Both the position numbers and the translations under genes were made by a program. Shown piece by piece: positions 27,507 to 37,200 of a stretch of 64,000 nt of DNA. Source of the stretch: a virus (lineage: Duplodnaviria > Caudoviricetes); IMG/VR virus record IMGVR_UViG_3300036805_000137, positions 18,451 through 82,450 of that record; one strand, written 5' to 3'. Below the pieces are notes generated by a model, which ran no database searches, was not told the origin of the DNA, and saw nothing but the letters and a program-made list of their open reading frames with translations. Each line of letters begins with the position of its first letter. The stretch's first letter is position 1.

Positions 27507-29399
27507 ATGCCACTCGACTGGGTACCCGCGGATGCACCACCACTGCCACCCGCGCTGCCCCGGCCATCTTTCAACCGGGCTGGATTTCGACCAGCACCGC
27601 TGCCCGGTATCAGTTTCGGACTGGCAAGCCGTAATCCGCGAGTGCAGCCGGCCACTGTGTTTGGTGAGCTCACGGCGGATGGTCGCAGCATCGTGCTGGT
27701 AGTCAGTGGTGATCCGTGGTCGTGTGAGAAAGCATTTGATGAGCTGGCCGAGTTCACCGCTAAGATCAAGCCGGCAGAAGATGGCCTGACTCTGACCACG
27801 CCACTGACTTGGCCGACCATCATTCAGCTGTCGTGTGCGTTCGGCTCGAACTGGTCGGCAGGCAACCGGCTGCAGACGTGGTTTTTCGGGGAGCTCGCGC
27901 GGCGCACCCAGTGGATTGACAAGCCGCTGCGCTACCAACTGCCGGCGGGCCTAGAGCTGCGTCCGTGGCAGCCGCTGGCGGTGCGCCAGGTGGCTCATAT
28001 GGGCTGCCTGCTGGAAGATGCCCCGCGGCTGGGCAAAACCATCAGCGCGATTGTGGGCCTCGCTGAGCGGGCCTGCTGGCCGGTCTATGGGGACGTCACG
28101 CCGTGCGTGGTGGTGTGCCCGGCATCCGTGGTCACCGCGTGGGTGCGAGCTTTCGAGCTCTGGGCTCCGCACTGGCGCGTCATTGCCTGGCGCGGCGGCA
28201 ACAAAGATCAGCGCCGCGAGTGGGTCGGTGCCTATGACGTCTATGTGGCCAGCTATGCCGTTGCGCGTCGCGATGCCAAGGCCGGGGCCAACCTGGGTGA
28301 CTCGCCGCTGGCCCGGATCAAAGCACCTACAGTGATCGCGGATGAGTATCACTGGCTAGGCAATCCTGATGCTCAGCAAACCCGGGCAACGCAGCGGCTG
28401 GCCCGCCAGGCCCGCATCTTTATCCCACTGTCGGGCACGCCTTTCAATCACAACATTTCCAATATGCAGCCCACTTTGGAGGTGTTCGAGCCGCCGGCAT
28501 TCCCGGCCAGAGAGCGCATTGTCACACGGTGGTGCACGCAAAAGTCACTGGATTACGGCACCAAAATCACTGGTATCAACCCGCTGCGTGAGGCTGAGAT
28601 GCGCACGTGTTTTCTGGGCCGGCAGTTGCGGCGGGCTCGCGAGGACGTGGCGGAATGGCTGAGCAGTAAAACCTACAGCACGCGCATGGTACCAATCCCG
28701 CAGCCATATCTCAAGATGTACAGGGATATGGAAAACCGGATGATCGCAGAGTTGGATAACGGTGATGAGGTCACCGTGATGTCCACTATCACCAAAATCC
28801 AGCGGCTGCAACAGTTATCCGCATCGGCTTGTGATCTGTCGGTTACCTACACACAGGATGAGGAGACCGGTGATGACATCGAGCACCAGCACCTGACACC
28901 TCGGCTGCCCAGCTGGAAAGTAGACGCCATGATCGATGTGCTGGCTGAGCTGGAATGGCCGGCTATCGCCTTCGGCATCTCCAAGCCGCTGATGCTCATC
29001 GCGGGGCAGGAGGCAACGCGCCAAGGCGCCCGCGTGGGCTATGTGGTGGGCGGCCAGACCACCCGGATCCGTGATGCCGATGTGGACGCGTTCCAAGCCG
29101 GCAAACTCGATCTGCTCTGCGTAGTCGTGCAGGCAGGCGGTACGGGCCTCACCCTCAATGCGGCCGGCACAGAGATCTTCTTACAGCGCCCGTACTCGTT
29201 TGTGGATTCCACTCAGGCAGAGGATCGAGGCGTGGGTGAGCGGTATCCCACGCTCGACATTGTTGATCTCGTGGCGGAAAACAGTGTCGATAACCGCATC
29301 CGCGAAATACTCCATGGAAAGGCCGCACAGCTGTCACAGTACCTAGCAGATCCTCGCATTGTCCGTGAGTTGTTTGGGGGAAAGGTGAAAGCAGCATGA
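27507..29399 (+). CDS. SNF2-like helicase/ATPase
   Basis: LRPWQ, DAPRLGKT, VVVCPASV, IADEYH, LSGTP, AGGTGLTL, QAEDR. Confidence 0.85.
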   Translation: MPLDWVPADAPPLPPALPRPSFNRAGFRPAPLPGISFGLASRNPRVQPATVFGELTADGRSIVLVVSGDPWSCEKAFDELAEFTAKIKPAEDGLTLTTPLTWPTIIQLSCAFGSNWSAGNRLQTWFFGELARRTQWIDKPLRYQLPAGLELRPWQPLAVRQVAHMGCLLEDAPRLGKTISAIVGLAERACWPVYGDVTPCVVVCPASVVTAWVRAFELWAPHWRVIAWRGGNKDQRREWVGAYDVYVASYAVARRDAKAGANLGDSPLARIKAPTVIADEYHWLGNPDAQQTRATQRLARQARIFIPLSGTPFNHNISNMQPTLEVFEPPAFPARERIVTRWCTQKSLDYGTKITGINPLREAEMRTCFLGRQLRRAREDVAEWLSSKTYSTRMVPIPQPYLKMYRDMENRMIAELDNGDEVTVMSTITKIQRLQQLSASACDLSVTYTQDEETGDDIEHQHLTPRLPSWKVDAMIDVLAELEWPAIAFGISKPLMLIAGQEATRQGARVGYVVGGQTTRIRDADVDAFQAGKLDLLCVVVQAGGTGLTLNAAGTEIFLQRPYSFVDSTQAEDRGVGERYPTLDIVDLVAENSVDNRIREILHGKAAQLSQYLADPRIVRELFGGKVKAA

Positions 29400-29917
29400 G
29401 AACTATTCTCCTAACGGACTCTGACGTAATTCTACTTGATGACTCTGACTATAATCTAGCAAAGAGATACAATTGGTGGGCTTTGCGCACTACAAATGGA
29501 AAGAAAATAAAATATGCTGCATCCGATGTATTCACACGAGGTGAGCGCTGCACATTATTGCTACATCGAGTATTATTGCAACCGCGAGCAGATCAATACA
29601 TAGATCACATAAACCACAATGGTTTAGATGATCAAAGACACAATCTCCGTGTTTGCACAATGTCTCAAAATCAAGGTAACCGAAGGAAGCAATCCAACAA
29701 CACATCCGGTTATAAAGGTGTGCACTGGCATACCCAAAGACAAAAATGGTGCGCAAGCATCAAAATTAATTACCGATCACACTCACTGGGATTATGGTCT
29801 GACCCTTGGAGAGCTGCCCAAGCATATAACAGAGCAGCCTTGGAAGCATGGGGCGAATTCGCATTGATCAACGTGGAACTAGCGGAGGAAAGGTCAAAGC
29901 AGCATGAGGCTATTTAA
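29396..29917 (+). CDS. HNH-AP2 homing endonuclease
   Basis: LHRVLL...IDHINHNGLDD...NLR, NNTSGYKGV...W.ASI...AAQAYN..A...GEFA. Confidence 0.9.
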   Translation: MRTILLTDSDVILLDDSDYNLAKRYNWWALRTTNGKKIKYAASDVFTRGERCTLLLHRVLLQPRADQYIDHINHNGLDDQRHNLRVCTMSQNQGNRRKQSNNTSGYKGVHWHTQRQKWCASIKINYRSHSLGLWSDPWRAAQAYNRAALEAWGEFALINVELAEERSKQHEAI

Positions 29918-30236
29918 CAAATTCCTGGTAAGACGCCGGGACGGATCCGTACCGAGCTGGCCATGGTTCGTGATCGGTGCGGCCGACCCCGCGGCGCCAC
30001 ATGCATTACGCGCCTACGCAGAAGCTGCCCAGTATCAGTACGGGATGGATCCAGAGTACTGCGGGCAAATCCGCAAACTTGCGGAGCGTTTCGAGGAATG
30101 GCAAGCGGAGAACTTCACAGGAGATCCTGATGCCGGGCCTCACCGGAAAGACAATGACAGTATCTGTGCGATGATTCCCGAGTATGCGACCGAACTACCG
30201 CCCGAGTACAACCGGAGACAGACACAGAACACGTAG
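29904..30236 (+). CDS. Hypothetical protein
   Basis: KFLVRRRDG...FV..AADPAAP.AL.AYA, a common phage family pattern. Confidence 0.7.
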   Translation: MRLFNKFLVRRRDGSVPSWPWFVIGAADPAAPHALRAYAEAAQYQYGMDPEYCGQIRKLAERFEEWQAENFTGDPDAGPHRKDNDSICAMIPEYATELPPEYNRRQTQNT

Positions 30237-30424
30237 GAATCAACTACAGCACCGATCGGGGTAGGGAATCATGACCGCTGCAGCCGCACCAATCAGCACC
30301 GTTGTTGGTGACACCGCACAATCCACCATGGAGGTACAGGCTGTCATTCTCCATTTAGCTCACCGGCCCCTGAACTGCCGGTGCTCCGTCTGCCAGATGT
30401 TCCTAGACCAAAGGACTCGCCACT

Positions 30425-31129
30425 GTGACCACCTCATCTGATGCCCATTTCCGCTGGGAACCATACCCGGAACCGCCACCGCTGCCACTGCCGCAATCCG
30501 CTCTGAGGCCCCCGACCAGAGCATGGGAATACAACCCATTCCTGCCACTTATCCACGTGCCCAGTGACACCAATAACCTGCCTGCAATACCGGAACCCCC
30601 GTTGCCGCCACCGCCGTTGTACACCCTTCACATTCCCTATCCCGAACCACCTGCATACACGTGGGATTCAGAAAAAATGCAGTGGGTGGCAACTCATCCC
30701 CTGCCACTACCTGAGCTCACGCCACGAAAGGCAGCGGTGCTCAATCGGCCTGGCCGGGCGCCGTACAGTCTCCATGATGCTGATCCCATATGGGATGCGA
30801 CTGTCAATGATGCGGAAGTGTGCCCCGTGGATGAGGCTAACATCCTCACCTCTGAGGTGGCGGGTAAGCCGGGCATGCACAAGGTGGCGCTTGATATCGA
30901 TTTGCCGGCCAAGTTGTTGCCGTCCAGCACTCCCGGCCATTGGCATCTCTACATTGACTGTGATGTGCCCTGGGAGGTCTACACCAAGCTCTTGGACACG
31001 CTGGTCGAGGCCGGGGTTATCGAAGTGGGTTACGCCAGGGCTAGCAAGCTCCGTGGCTATACCTCTGTGCGCCCTCCGTGGATGCCCAAGACTGAGGACG
31101 AACGGGCTAACGGAGGTATCAGCAGGTGA
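30425..31129 (+). CDS. Pro-rich protein with an AEP-like DxD / STPGHWHLY core
   Basis: VALDID...SSTPGHWHLYID. Confidence 0.55.
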   Translation: MTTSSDAHFRWEPYPEPPPLPLPQSALRPPTRAWEYNPFLPLIHVPSDTNNLPAIPEPPLPPPPLYTLHIPYPEPPAYTWDSEKMQWVATHPLPLPELTPRKAAVLNRPGRAPYSLHDADPIWDATVNDAEVCPVDEANILTSEVAGKPGMHKVALDIDLPAKLLPSSTPGHWHLYIDCDVPWEVYTKLLDTLVEAGVIEVGYARASKLRGYTSVRPPWMPKTEDERANGGISR

Positions 31130-31320
31130 TGACCACTGCCACTGAAAAAAGCGGATGGAGCTGGCCGCTGACCGCGCGCAAGGCACATTACTTCACCGCG
31201 GGACAATCATTGTGCGGCGGCTGGACACCGACCGGCACAATCAGCAAAGAGCGCGTTGCTGGGCCTACCTGCTGTTCAGTTTGCGAGCAACAATTACGCG
31301 AGTTGGGAGGCATCAAGTGA
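31126..31320 (+). CDS. Small zinc-binding protein
   Basis: KAHYF...SLCG...CSVC. Confidence 0.65.
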   Translation: MMTTATEKSGWSWPLTARKAHYFTAGQSLCGGWTPTGTISKERVAGPTCCSVCEQQLRELGGIK

Positions 31321-31826
31321 CCATCTCGGTTGAGGATATCGTAGTGATAGGAGTCGACCCTGGCCCGCGCCCTGGCATTGTCGGTTTGCGCTACTCACCG
31401 CAACGGGTGCGGACCGCGGCGCCGGCCATTATTCAGTGCACACTCAACGTCGCGCTAGCATGTATCCAGGCCATTATCCCGGCAGATGTCAAGCGCATCT
31501 ATTTGTCCTATGAGCCTTTCGTGATAGGTGCACGATCGGCCAAGGTGAGCACGCCGGCTGCCAGCGCTGCTACCGCGCGGTTCTGTGGAGCTCTGCAGAC
31601 GCTGGCCTACAGCGACAACCGCATCGTGCTGCGCCACCACCAAGCGTCCGCGGTCAAGCCCTGGGGCATGGAGGAACGCCTAGAGCGCGCCGGGCTGCAC
31701 ATGCTGGTCAAGGGCATGACTCACGCCCGTGACGGGGCCAAGCAGGCGCTGTACTGCGCCACCCACGATGCCGGCGTGCCTGATCCATTGAGCAAGCGGC
31801 ACAAGCTAGCGGAGGTGGCCCCGTGA
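31317..31826 (+). CDS. RuvC-like Holliday junction resolvase
   Basis: VIGVDPGP, YEPF, HARDGAKQAL. Confidence 0.75.
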   Translation: MTISVEDIVVIGVDPGPRPGIVGLRYSPQRVRTAAPAIIQCTLNVALACIQAIIPADVKRIYLSYEPFVIGARSAKVSTPAASAATARFCGALQTLAYSDNRIVLRHHQASAVKPWGMEERLERAGLHMLVKGMTHARDGAKQALYCATHDAGVPDPLSKRHKLAEVAP

Positions 31827-32293
31827 TGCCGCTGTGCGGGGGTATGGGTGCTGAGCATCCCCGACCAGCCAGCCCGCAGCGAGCGATGAGCCCGGCACAT
31901 CTCGTGGCGTATTTCCACCAGTGGGCCTATGACGAACATTTCGGGGAAGGCACCGGGGATTGCAGTCTGCGCATCAATTTGCACAACAGCGAGCATGCCG
32001 AGCTCATCGAGGCACTAGAGTCTGATGCCCCGGGAGGTACCGGTGTGGTCGATTGGTTGACCGCAGTAGCGCACGAGCTGGCCGATGTGGTGTGGGTGGC
32101 CTATGGCACGGCGCACAGTCTAGGTATCCCGCTGGATCAGGTGCTACGGGCATTGTACCGATCACTGCTCACGCGCACCAATGCTGATGGCAGTCCCGCG
32201 CTGCGTGAGGACAACAAAGTCACCAAGGGTGTCAACTACCGTCCACCCACAGAAGATATCCGAGCAATCATAGAAAGGGCCACACAATCATGA
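31823..32293 (+). CDS. MazG/PRA-PH-like nucleotide pyrophosphohydrolase
   Basis: SEHAELIEAL...AHELADVVWV.YG...REDNKV.KG.NYRPP. Confidence 0.8.
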   Translation: MMPLCGGMGAEHPRPASPQRAMSPAHLVAYFHQWAYDEHFGEGTGDCSLRINLHNSEHAELIEALESDAPGGTGVVDWLTAVAHELADVVWVAYGTAHSLGIPLDQVLRALYRSLLTRTNADGSPALREDNKVTKGVNYRPPTEDIRAIIERATQS

Positions 32294-32691
32294 GCTATTT
32301 CACCGCCACCCAGCAAGACATCTCAGAGGCTGTCAAAAAAGCCATTGAGAGCACGCGAGGTCACTACCTGGCTGATCTGACTATAGAAGCGTATGAGGTG
32401 GCCGTCTCGAAAGGATGGGAGGAAGACGCACACACCCGCACCTTTGGTGATGAGGTTGCGCTGATTCACACAGAGGCCAGCGAGGCATTCGAGGCATACC
32501 GCAAACGAGGATTCGAGGCATGGGAAGGGAAAGACGGCAAGCCTGAGGGTGTCGGGTCAGAATTCGCGGACGTGTTTATCCGACTCCTGCACTACTGCTA
32601 CGTGCACGGCATCGATCTGCAAGCCGAATACGACCGAAAGACAGCGTACAACCGCACCCGTGAGTACCGGCATGGGGGCAAAAGACTATGA
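32290..32691 (+). CDS. MazG-like nucleotide pyrophosphohydrolase
   Basis: LIHTEASEAFEAYR...GSEFADVFIR...K..YN.TR.YRHGGK. Confidence 0.85.
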   Translation: MSYFTATQQDISEAVKKAIESTRGHYLADLTIEAYEVAVSKGWEEDAHTRTFGDEVALIHTEASEAFEAYRKRGFEAWEGKDGKPEGVGSEFADVFIRLLHYCYVHGIDLQAEYDRKTAYNRTREYRHGGKRL

Positions 32692-33335
32692 CGTGCATCA
32701 GCTCTTGGGAAGCATTCCCTGATCGGGATCAACTACCGGACTATCCATTGACAGAAGACGAACGCGTAGCCCTATCCAATCAAACCCAAGACGCAACCAA
32801 TGCGGAGCACAGTATGACTCCCGAAACCACTAACCCAAACGCCATCTACTACCTCGCTGGCCCGATGGCGGGATACCCTGATCACAATCACCCGGCATTC
32901 CATAAGGCTGCCGCTACGTTGCGGGCATGCGGTCACGTTGTGGTCAATCCAGCTGAGTACGGCAATCTCATCATGCTGGGTTGGCAAGGCGCGATGAAAC
33001 GTGACCTGCACGCAATGTTGTGGTGTGACGCGCTGGTGATGCTGCCAGGCTGGGAAAAATCCAGAGGTGCCCGGCTGGAAACCCGTACAGCCTGGGATCT
33101 CGAAATGCCCATCTACTCACTCGATGTCATGCTCTGCGACTGCATCCGGCCGCATGTGGGCGCGATGGTGTGGCACACCGAATCCTGCCTGGCGCGGCGC
33201 GTACCGATCAGCACCATTCCCGCTGATGACCTGACCACCGTGGCGATGTACGCGCGGACCTATGCCGATGGCGAGCCGCACGCTGCCGCCGGCCGGGTGC
33301 TGCAGGGTCTGGGCAAATTGGTGTCACCGCTATGA
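32688..33335 (+). CDS. DUF4406 / nucleoside 2-deoxyribosyltransferase-like protein
   Basis: YLAGPMAG...NPAE...CDALVMLPGWEKSRGARLE. Confidence 0.85.
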   Translation: MTCISSWEAFPDRDQLPDYPLTEDERVALSNQTQDATNAEHSMTPETTNPNAIYYLAGPMAGYPDHNHPAFHKAAATLRACGHVVVNPAEYGNLIMLGWQGAMKRDLHAMLWCDALVMLPGWEKSRGARLETRTAWDLEMPIYSLDVMLCDCIRPHVGAMVWHTESCLARRVPISTIPADDLTTVAMYARTYADGEPHAAAGRVLQGLGKLVSPL

Positions 33336-33628
33336 GGGCGCGGCTAAGAGCATTCCTTATGTACGTCGTGTACACGGTGGCCGCGGTGTACTCGTGGGTA
33401 GCCGGCCCGGTCAACATCCTATACACCAAGATACGCAAGAGGTGATGAAGTGGCCATAACAGCATGGATTATGTTAGGGCTACTACTCGGATACCTCTGG
33501 GCAGGTATCTAGGAGGTGATGAAGATGGACACGCCTGATGGTTACACAGAGGGGGAAGCAATCGAATCTGTCGAGCTCGACTGGAATACGATATGTGACG
33601 CGAACAAATAACGGTAGGAGGTGACGAA

Positions 33629-33844
33629 ATGGCCTGCATCTTTTTGACCGATGACGAAAGCGTTTATGTAGCCGAATGGACCGGATCCTCACAATACAAA
33701 TTGGTTGTCAATGGCAGTACATGCGGTCTGTTTCGCACCGTGGAAGATGCTAAGAGCGCATGGCGGGGGTTGCAGTTGACACCACGGCACACCTGGGAAA
33801 ACGGCGGCCCGGCACAATCGGAATCATGTAGGACCATAATCTAA
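33629..33844 (+). CDS. Hypothetical protein
   Basis: AGGAGG RBS. Confidence 0.6.
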   Translation: MACIFLTDDESVYVAEWTGSSQYKLVVNGSTCGLFRTVEDAKSAWRGLQLTPRHTWENGGPAQSESCRTII

Positions 33845-33881
33845 AGAACTGGCACGATTCGGCATACACATAACGGGGTAG

Positions 33882-34259
33882 GTGGTTAGAATGCAGTCAC
33901 ACGTGCCAGGACAGGTATACCTTTTGCATTTCACGGTTCCCTACGTGGCAATCCAGCATCCAGGCAAAAAATACCAGTGTGCAAAGCATTACCTGGGCTG
34001 GTCGAAAGATCTCATCGCCCGGCTGGCTGCGCACAAGAATGGCAATGGCTCGCGATTGGTGCAGGTAATCAACGATGCTGGTATCGAATGGGAGCTGGCC
34101 CGGGTGTGGAATGGTGACCGTTTCCTCGAGAGACAATTAAAGAAACGTGGTGGACGTAGCCGGATCTGTCCTATCTGCCAGGGCACCGGAATAGCCCTGC
34201 AGTGGGAGACATATAACACAACCGCAGCATTACTAACCGGGATAAGTGTGGGTGCATAA
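33882..34259 (+). CDS. GIY-YIG-like endonuclease
   Basis: VYLLHF...HYLGWS..L..RLAAH..G.G...ER.LK. Confidence 0.8.
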   Translation: MVRMQSHVPGQVYLLHFTVPYVAIQHPGKKYQCAKHYLGWSKDLIARLAAHKNGNGSRLVQVINDAGIEWELARVWNGDRFLERQLKKRGGRSRICPICQGTGIALQWETYNTTAALLTGISVGA

Positions 34260-37200
34260 TGGCTTACGGTGGATATGCATCATTCTATGTGATAGCTGGC
34301 TGGCGGTGTGTACTGCCGGTGCCGGTCCGGTCGAAGACACCGCCACCTACCGGCTACACGGGTGATCACGGTACCGATGTGGTAGCGCCTGAGGTGTTGG
34401 CGAAATGGGAGCGAGCTCACGCGGATGACTCGATCGCATTGCGGCTGCCGGCCGGCGTGATCTGTATCGATATTGATCATTACGATAAGCCCAAGGTGTT
34501 GCCCGATGGCACGGTCACCGTAGTGGCCAAGCGGGGCAATGACACCATTGCCGAATATGAGGCCAAGTGGGGACCGCTGCCGCCCACCTGGGCGAGCACC
34601 GCGCGGGGGGATCCCAACACGGGCGCCGGCCCTTCCCGAACGTTGTTTTACCGGGTGCCGCCCGGGCGTTATGCCACCACCCTGGGCGACCCGCGCAACG
34701 GCGCGGTGGAAATCCTGCAGCGCCACCACCGCTACTGCGTGGTGTGGCCTTCGATCAACCCGGACGCCAACAATGCGCAGTACTACTGGTACGGGCCTGG
34801 GGATCTGGGCGAGCAACGGCCACCGTGGATCGATGAGCTGACGCTACTGCCCAACGCCTGGGTGATCGGGCTCGCAGAAGGCGCCAGCGCGGCCAGCGCG
34901 CCCGCGGCACCCATGGCCGAGGGCGCGGCGCTGCTCGCGGCTCTGCTCGATGATGACCGGCCGCCGTGCGCGGACATCACCAACATTGCCCTGACCGCGG
35001 CTGATGAGCTTGACCACGCGGCGGCGGGCAGCCGTCATGACATCGCCACCGGTCGGATCTTCCAGCTGATCCGAGCGGCTGCGTTCGGCCACCCGGGCGC
35101 GGGCGAGGTGCTGGCCGACCTGCGCACCCGCTGGGATGCCCTGACCGCGGGCGAGCACCGGGCCGATGAATTCGAGCGGATGGCCAGCTCCGCGGCGTGC
35201 AAGGCAGTAACCGAGGTCAGCGCCACCGGCTGCCCGGTGCCCGTGGCCTATGACCCGTGCCTCATGGGTACCGTCGTTGCGCCACCGGTCCCGGGCCGAC
35301 CTAGCCACACCACCGGCCCCGATGGTGAGCTCGATGACGCCAGTGATGCCGATGTGCTCGATATCCCCGCGCCGGCACCGCCCATCATCTGGTCTAGGCG
35401 AGCGCTGATCGGCACTGGTGCCTTCGACCCCCGCGGGCATCTTGATCAGGTGCTCGCTGCCCAAGCACTAGAGCGGATCCAACCGGTGCTGCGGTTCGCC
35501 ACCGATGTGGGCGCGTGGGCGGTCCGTGGCCCGTACTCCTGGGATATGGCGCCCGGCGATATGGCCGACTGGGCACTGACGGAACTGTTCGACCTGATGC
35601 CCCACGGCGACCCGGACTCAGAATCCACTGAGGCACAGGACCGCGCGGCGCGGCGCAAACGGTTTGGGCAAAACAGCGGGTCAGCGGGGATAGCGAGCAA
35701 ACTGCGGGCACTGGTGCGGGCCTCTGGCGCATCGAGCACGGTCCGGCTGTCCGACCTCGATGCCGATCCCGAGATTATGTGGGCCGGGCGGCTGCCGTGG
35801 GCGCTGCGCAGCTGCATCGAGCGTCCCGCGCTAGCCAACCTGCCTGCTGACACCCCGCACCTGCACTCAGCCGGCGTGGCGCCCTCTGGGCTGGGTATCG
35901 AGCACCCTACACCGGCCTGGGATGCGTTCTTGGCCGCGGTGTGGCCGGATCCGGCTATCCGACAGTGGGCGCTGCACGTGGTCTCTGTAGCCCTGACCGG
36001 CTACTCAGACGCAGTGATGCCCCTGCTCTGGGGGGAGACCGGCCGCGGGAAGACAGCGTTTACCGCGCTGGTGATGTCCGTGCTGGGCAGCTATGCCATC
36101 GCGGCTGATCCCCGGCTGTTGACCAGCGCGGCCGACAACGCGCATGCCTCGATCATCTACGCGCTGCGGGGGGTCCGGCTGGCCTTCATCGATGAGGGGC
36201 CACGGGATGCCAAGTGGGCGGTGTCCAAGCTCAAGCAGCTCACCGGGGGAGCTCGCCTGACCGGCAACCCGATGCGCGGCAACCCGGTGAACTTCGACCC
36301 CTCGCACACCCTGATGCTGACCTGCAACCCTGAGGAGACACCGGGTTTTCAAGACAAGGCGTTGCGGCGCCGGCTGCGGTTGATCCCGTGCGAGGGCGAG
36401 CCTGACGCGGTCGGCCGGGCGCGGGCTGCGATCACCCCGGCGATCTGGCGGGCAGAGGCACCGGGCGTGCTGGCCAAGCTGATGCACGCCACTGCTCGAT
36501 GGCTCGATGACCCGGGTGTGGCTGCGCAGTGGAGTGCACCTGAGGCGATCCGGTTTCGCGCGGAAGACATCGCCAATGAGGAAGATCAGATCAGGCAGTG
36601 GATCGATGCCGAGATGGAGCCATGCGATCACGGCACCCGGGTCAGCGACCTGCTCATCTGGTTTATCGACTGGCTGCGCAAGGTCGCACCCCGGGCCAAC
36701 CCTCCCAGCGCTACGCTGTTCGGCCGCAAACTGACTGAGCTGGGCTACCTGGCACTGCACCAGCGGGACGGCAAACACCGCCCATTGCGGCGCCGGCAGA
36801 CCAACTACGGGCCTGACGTGCCCCCACCAAGCGCGCCTGGGCCGGGCCAACCGATCCATGCACCACTGCCACCCATGCCCCCGCTCACAGTGATCCAGTA
36901 CGACCAGCGCAACGCCGCACCCAGATCAACAGGCCCCTCCGCAGATGCGGCACCGACTACGGCGCCTGACGGGGGTAGCGCGCGCAGCTCTGACAACCCC
37001 GGCGACCTGCCCACACCCCCGACTGAAACGATCATGAGTAGCGGGGCGGTAGTTCCGCGCGAGCCTACCCCCGTTGCTGAAACGGAGCCGCAAACACGGA
37101 ATTGTGCACAAGCAAACGAAACCGCATCTGCTGACCCCCGTTCCCCTGGTAGTGACCGCATCTGCGAAAAATTAGGCCAAACGGATGGTGATGGTGACCT

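Noticed and set aside
31823-33335. 2-aminoadenine (dZ) genome pathway
   Set aside because: No PurZ or DatZ-like HD phosphohydrolase recognised in the window
36005-36859. 284-aa reverse ORF inside the replicase, and similar long shadow ORFs (1369-1779, 7084-7506, 9679-10206, 34844-35464)
   Set aside because: Antisense shadows of GC-rich genes with no motifs or RBS
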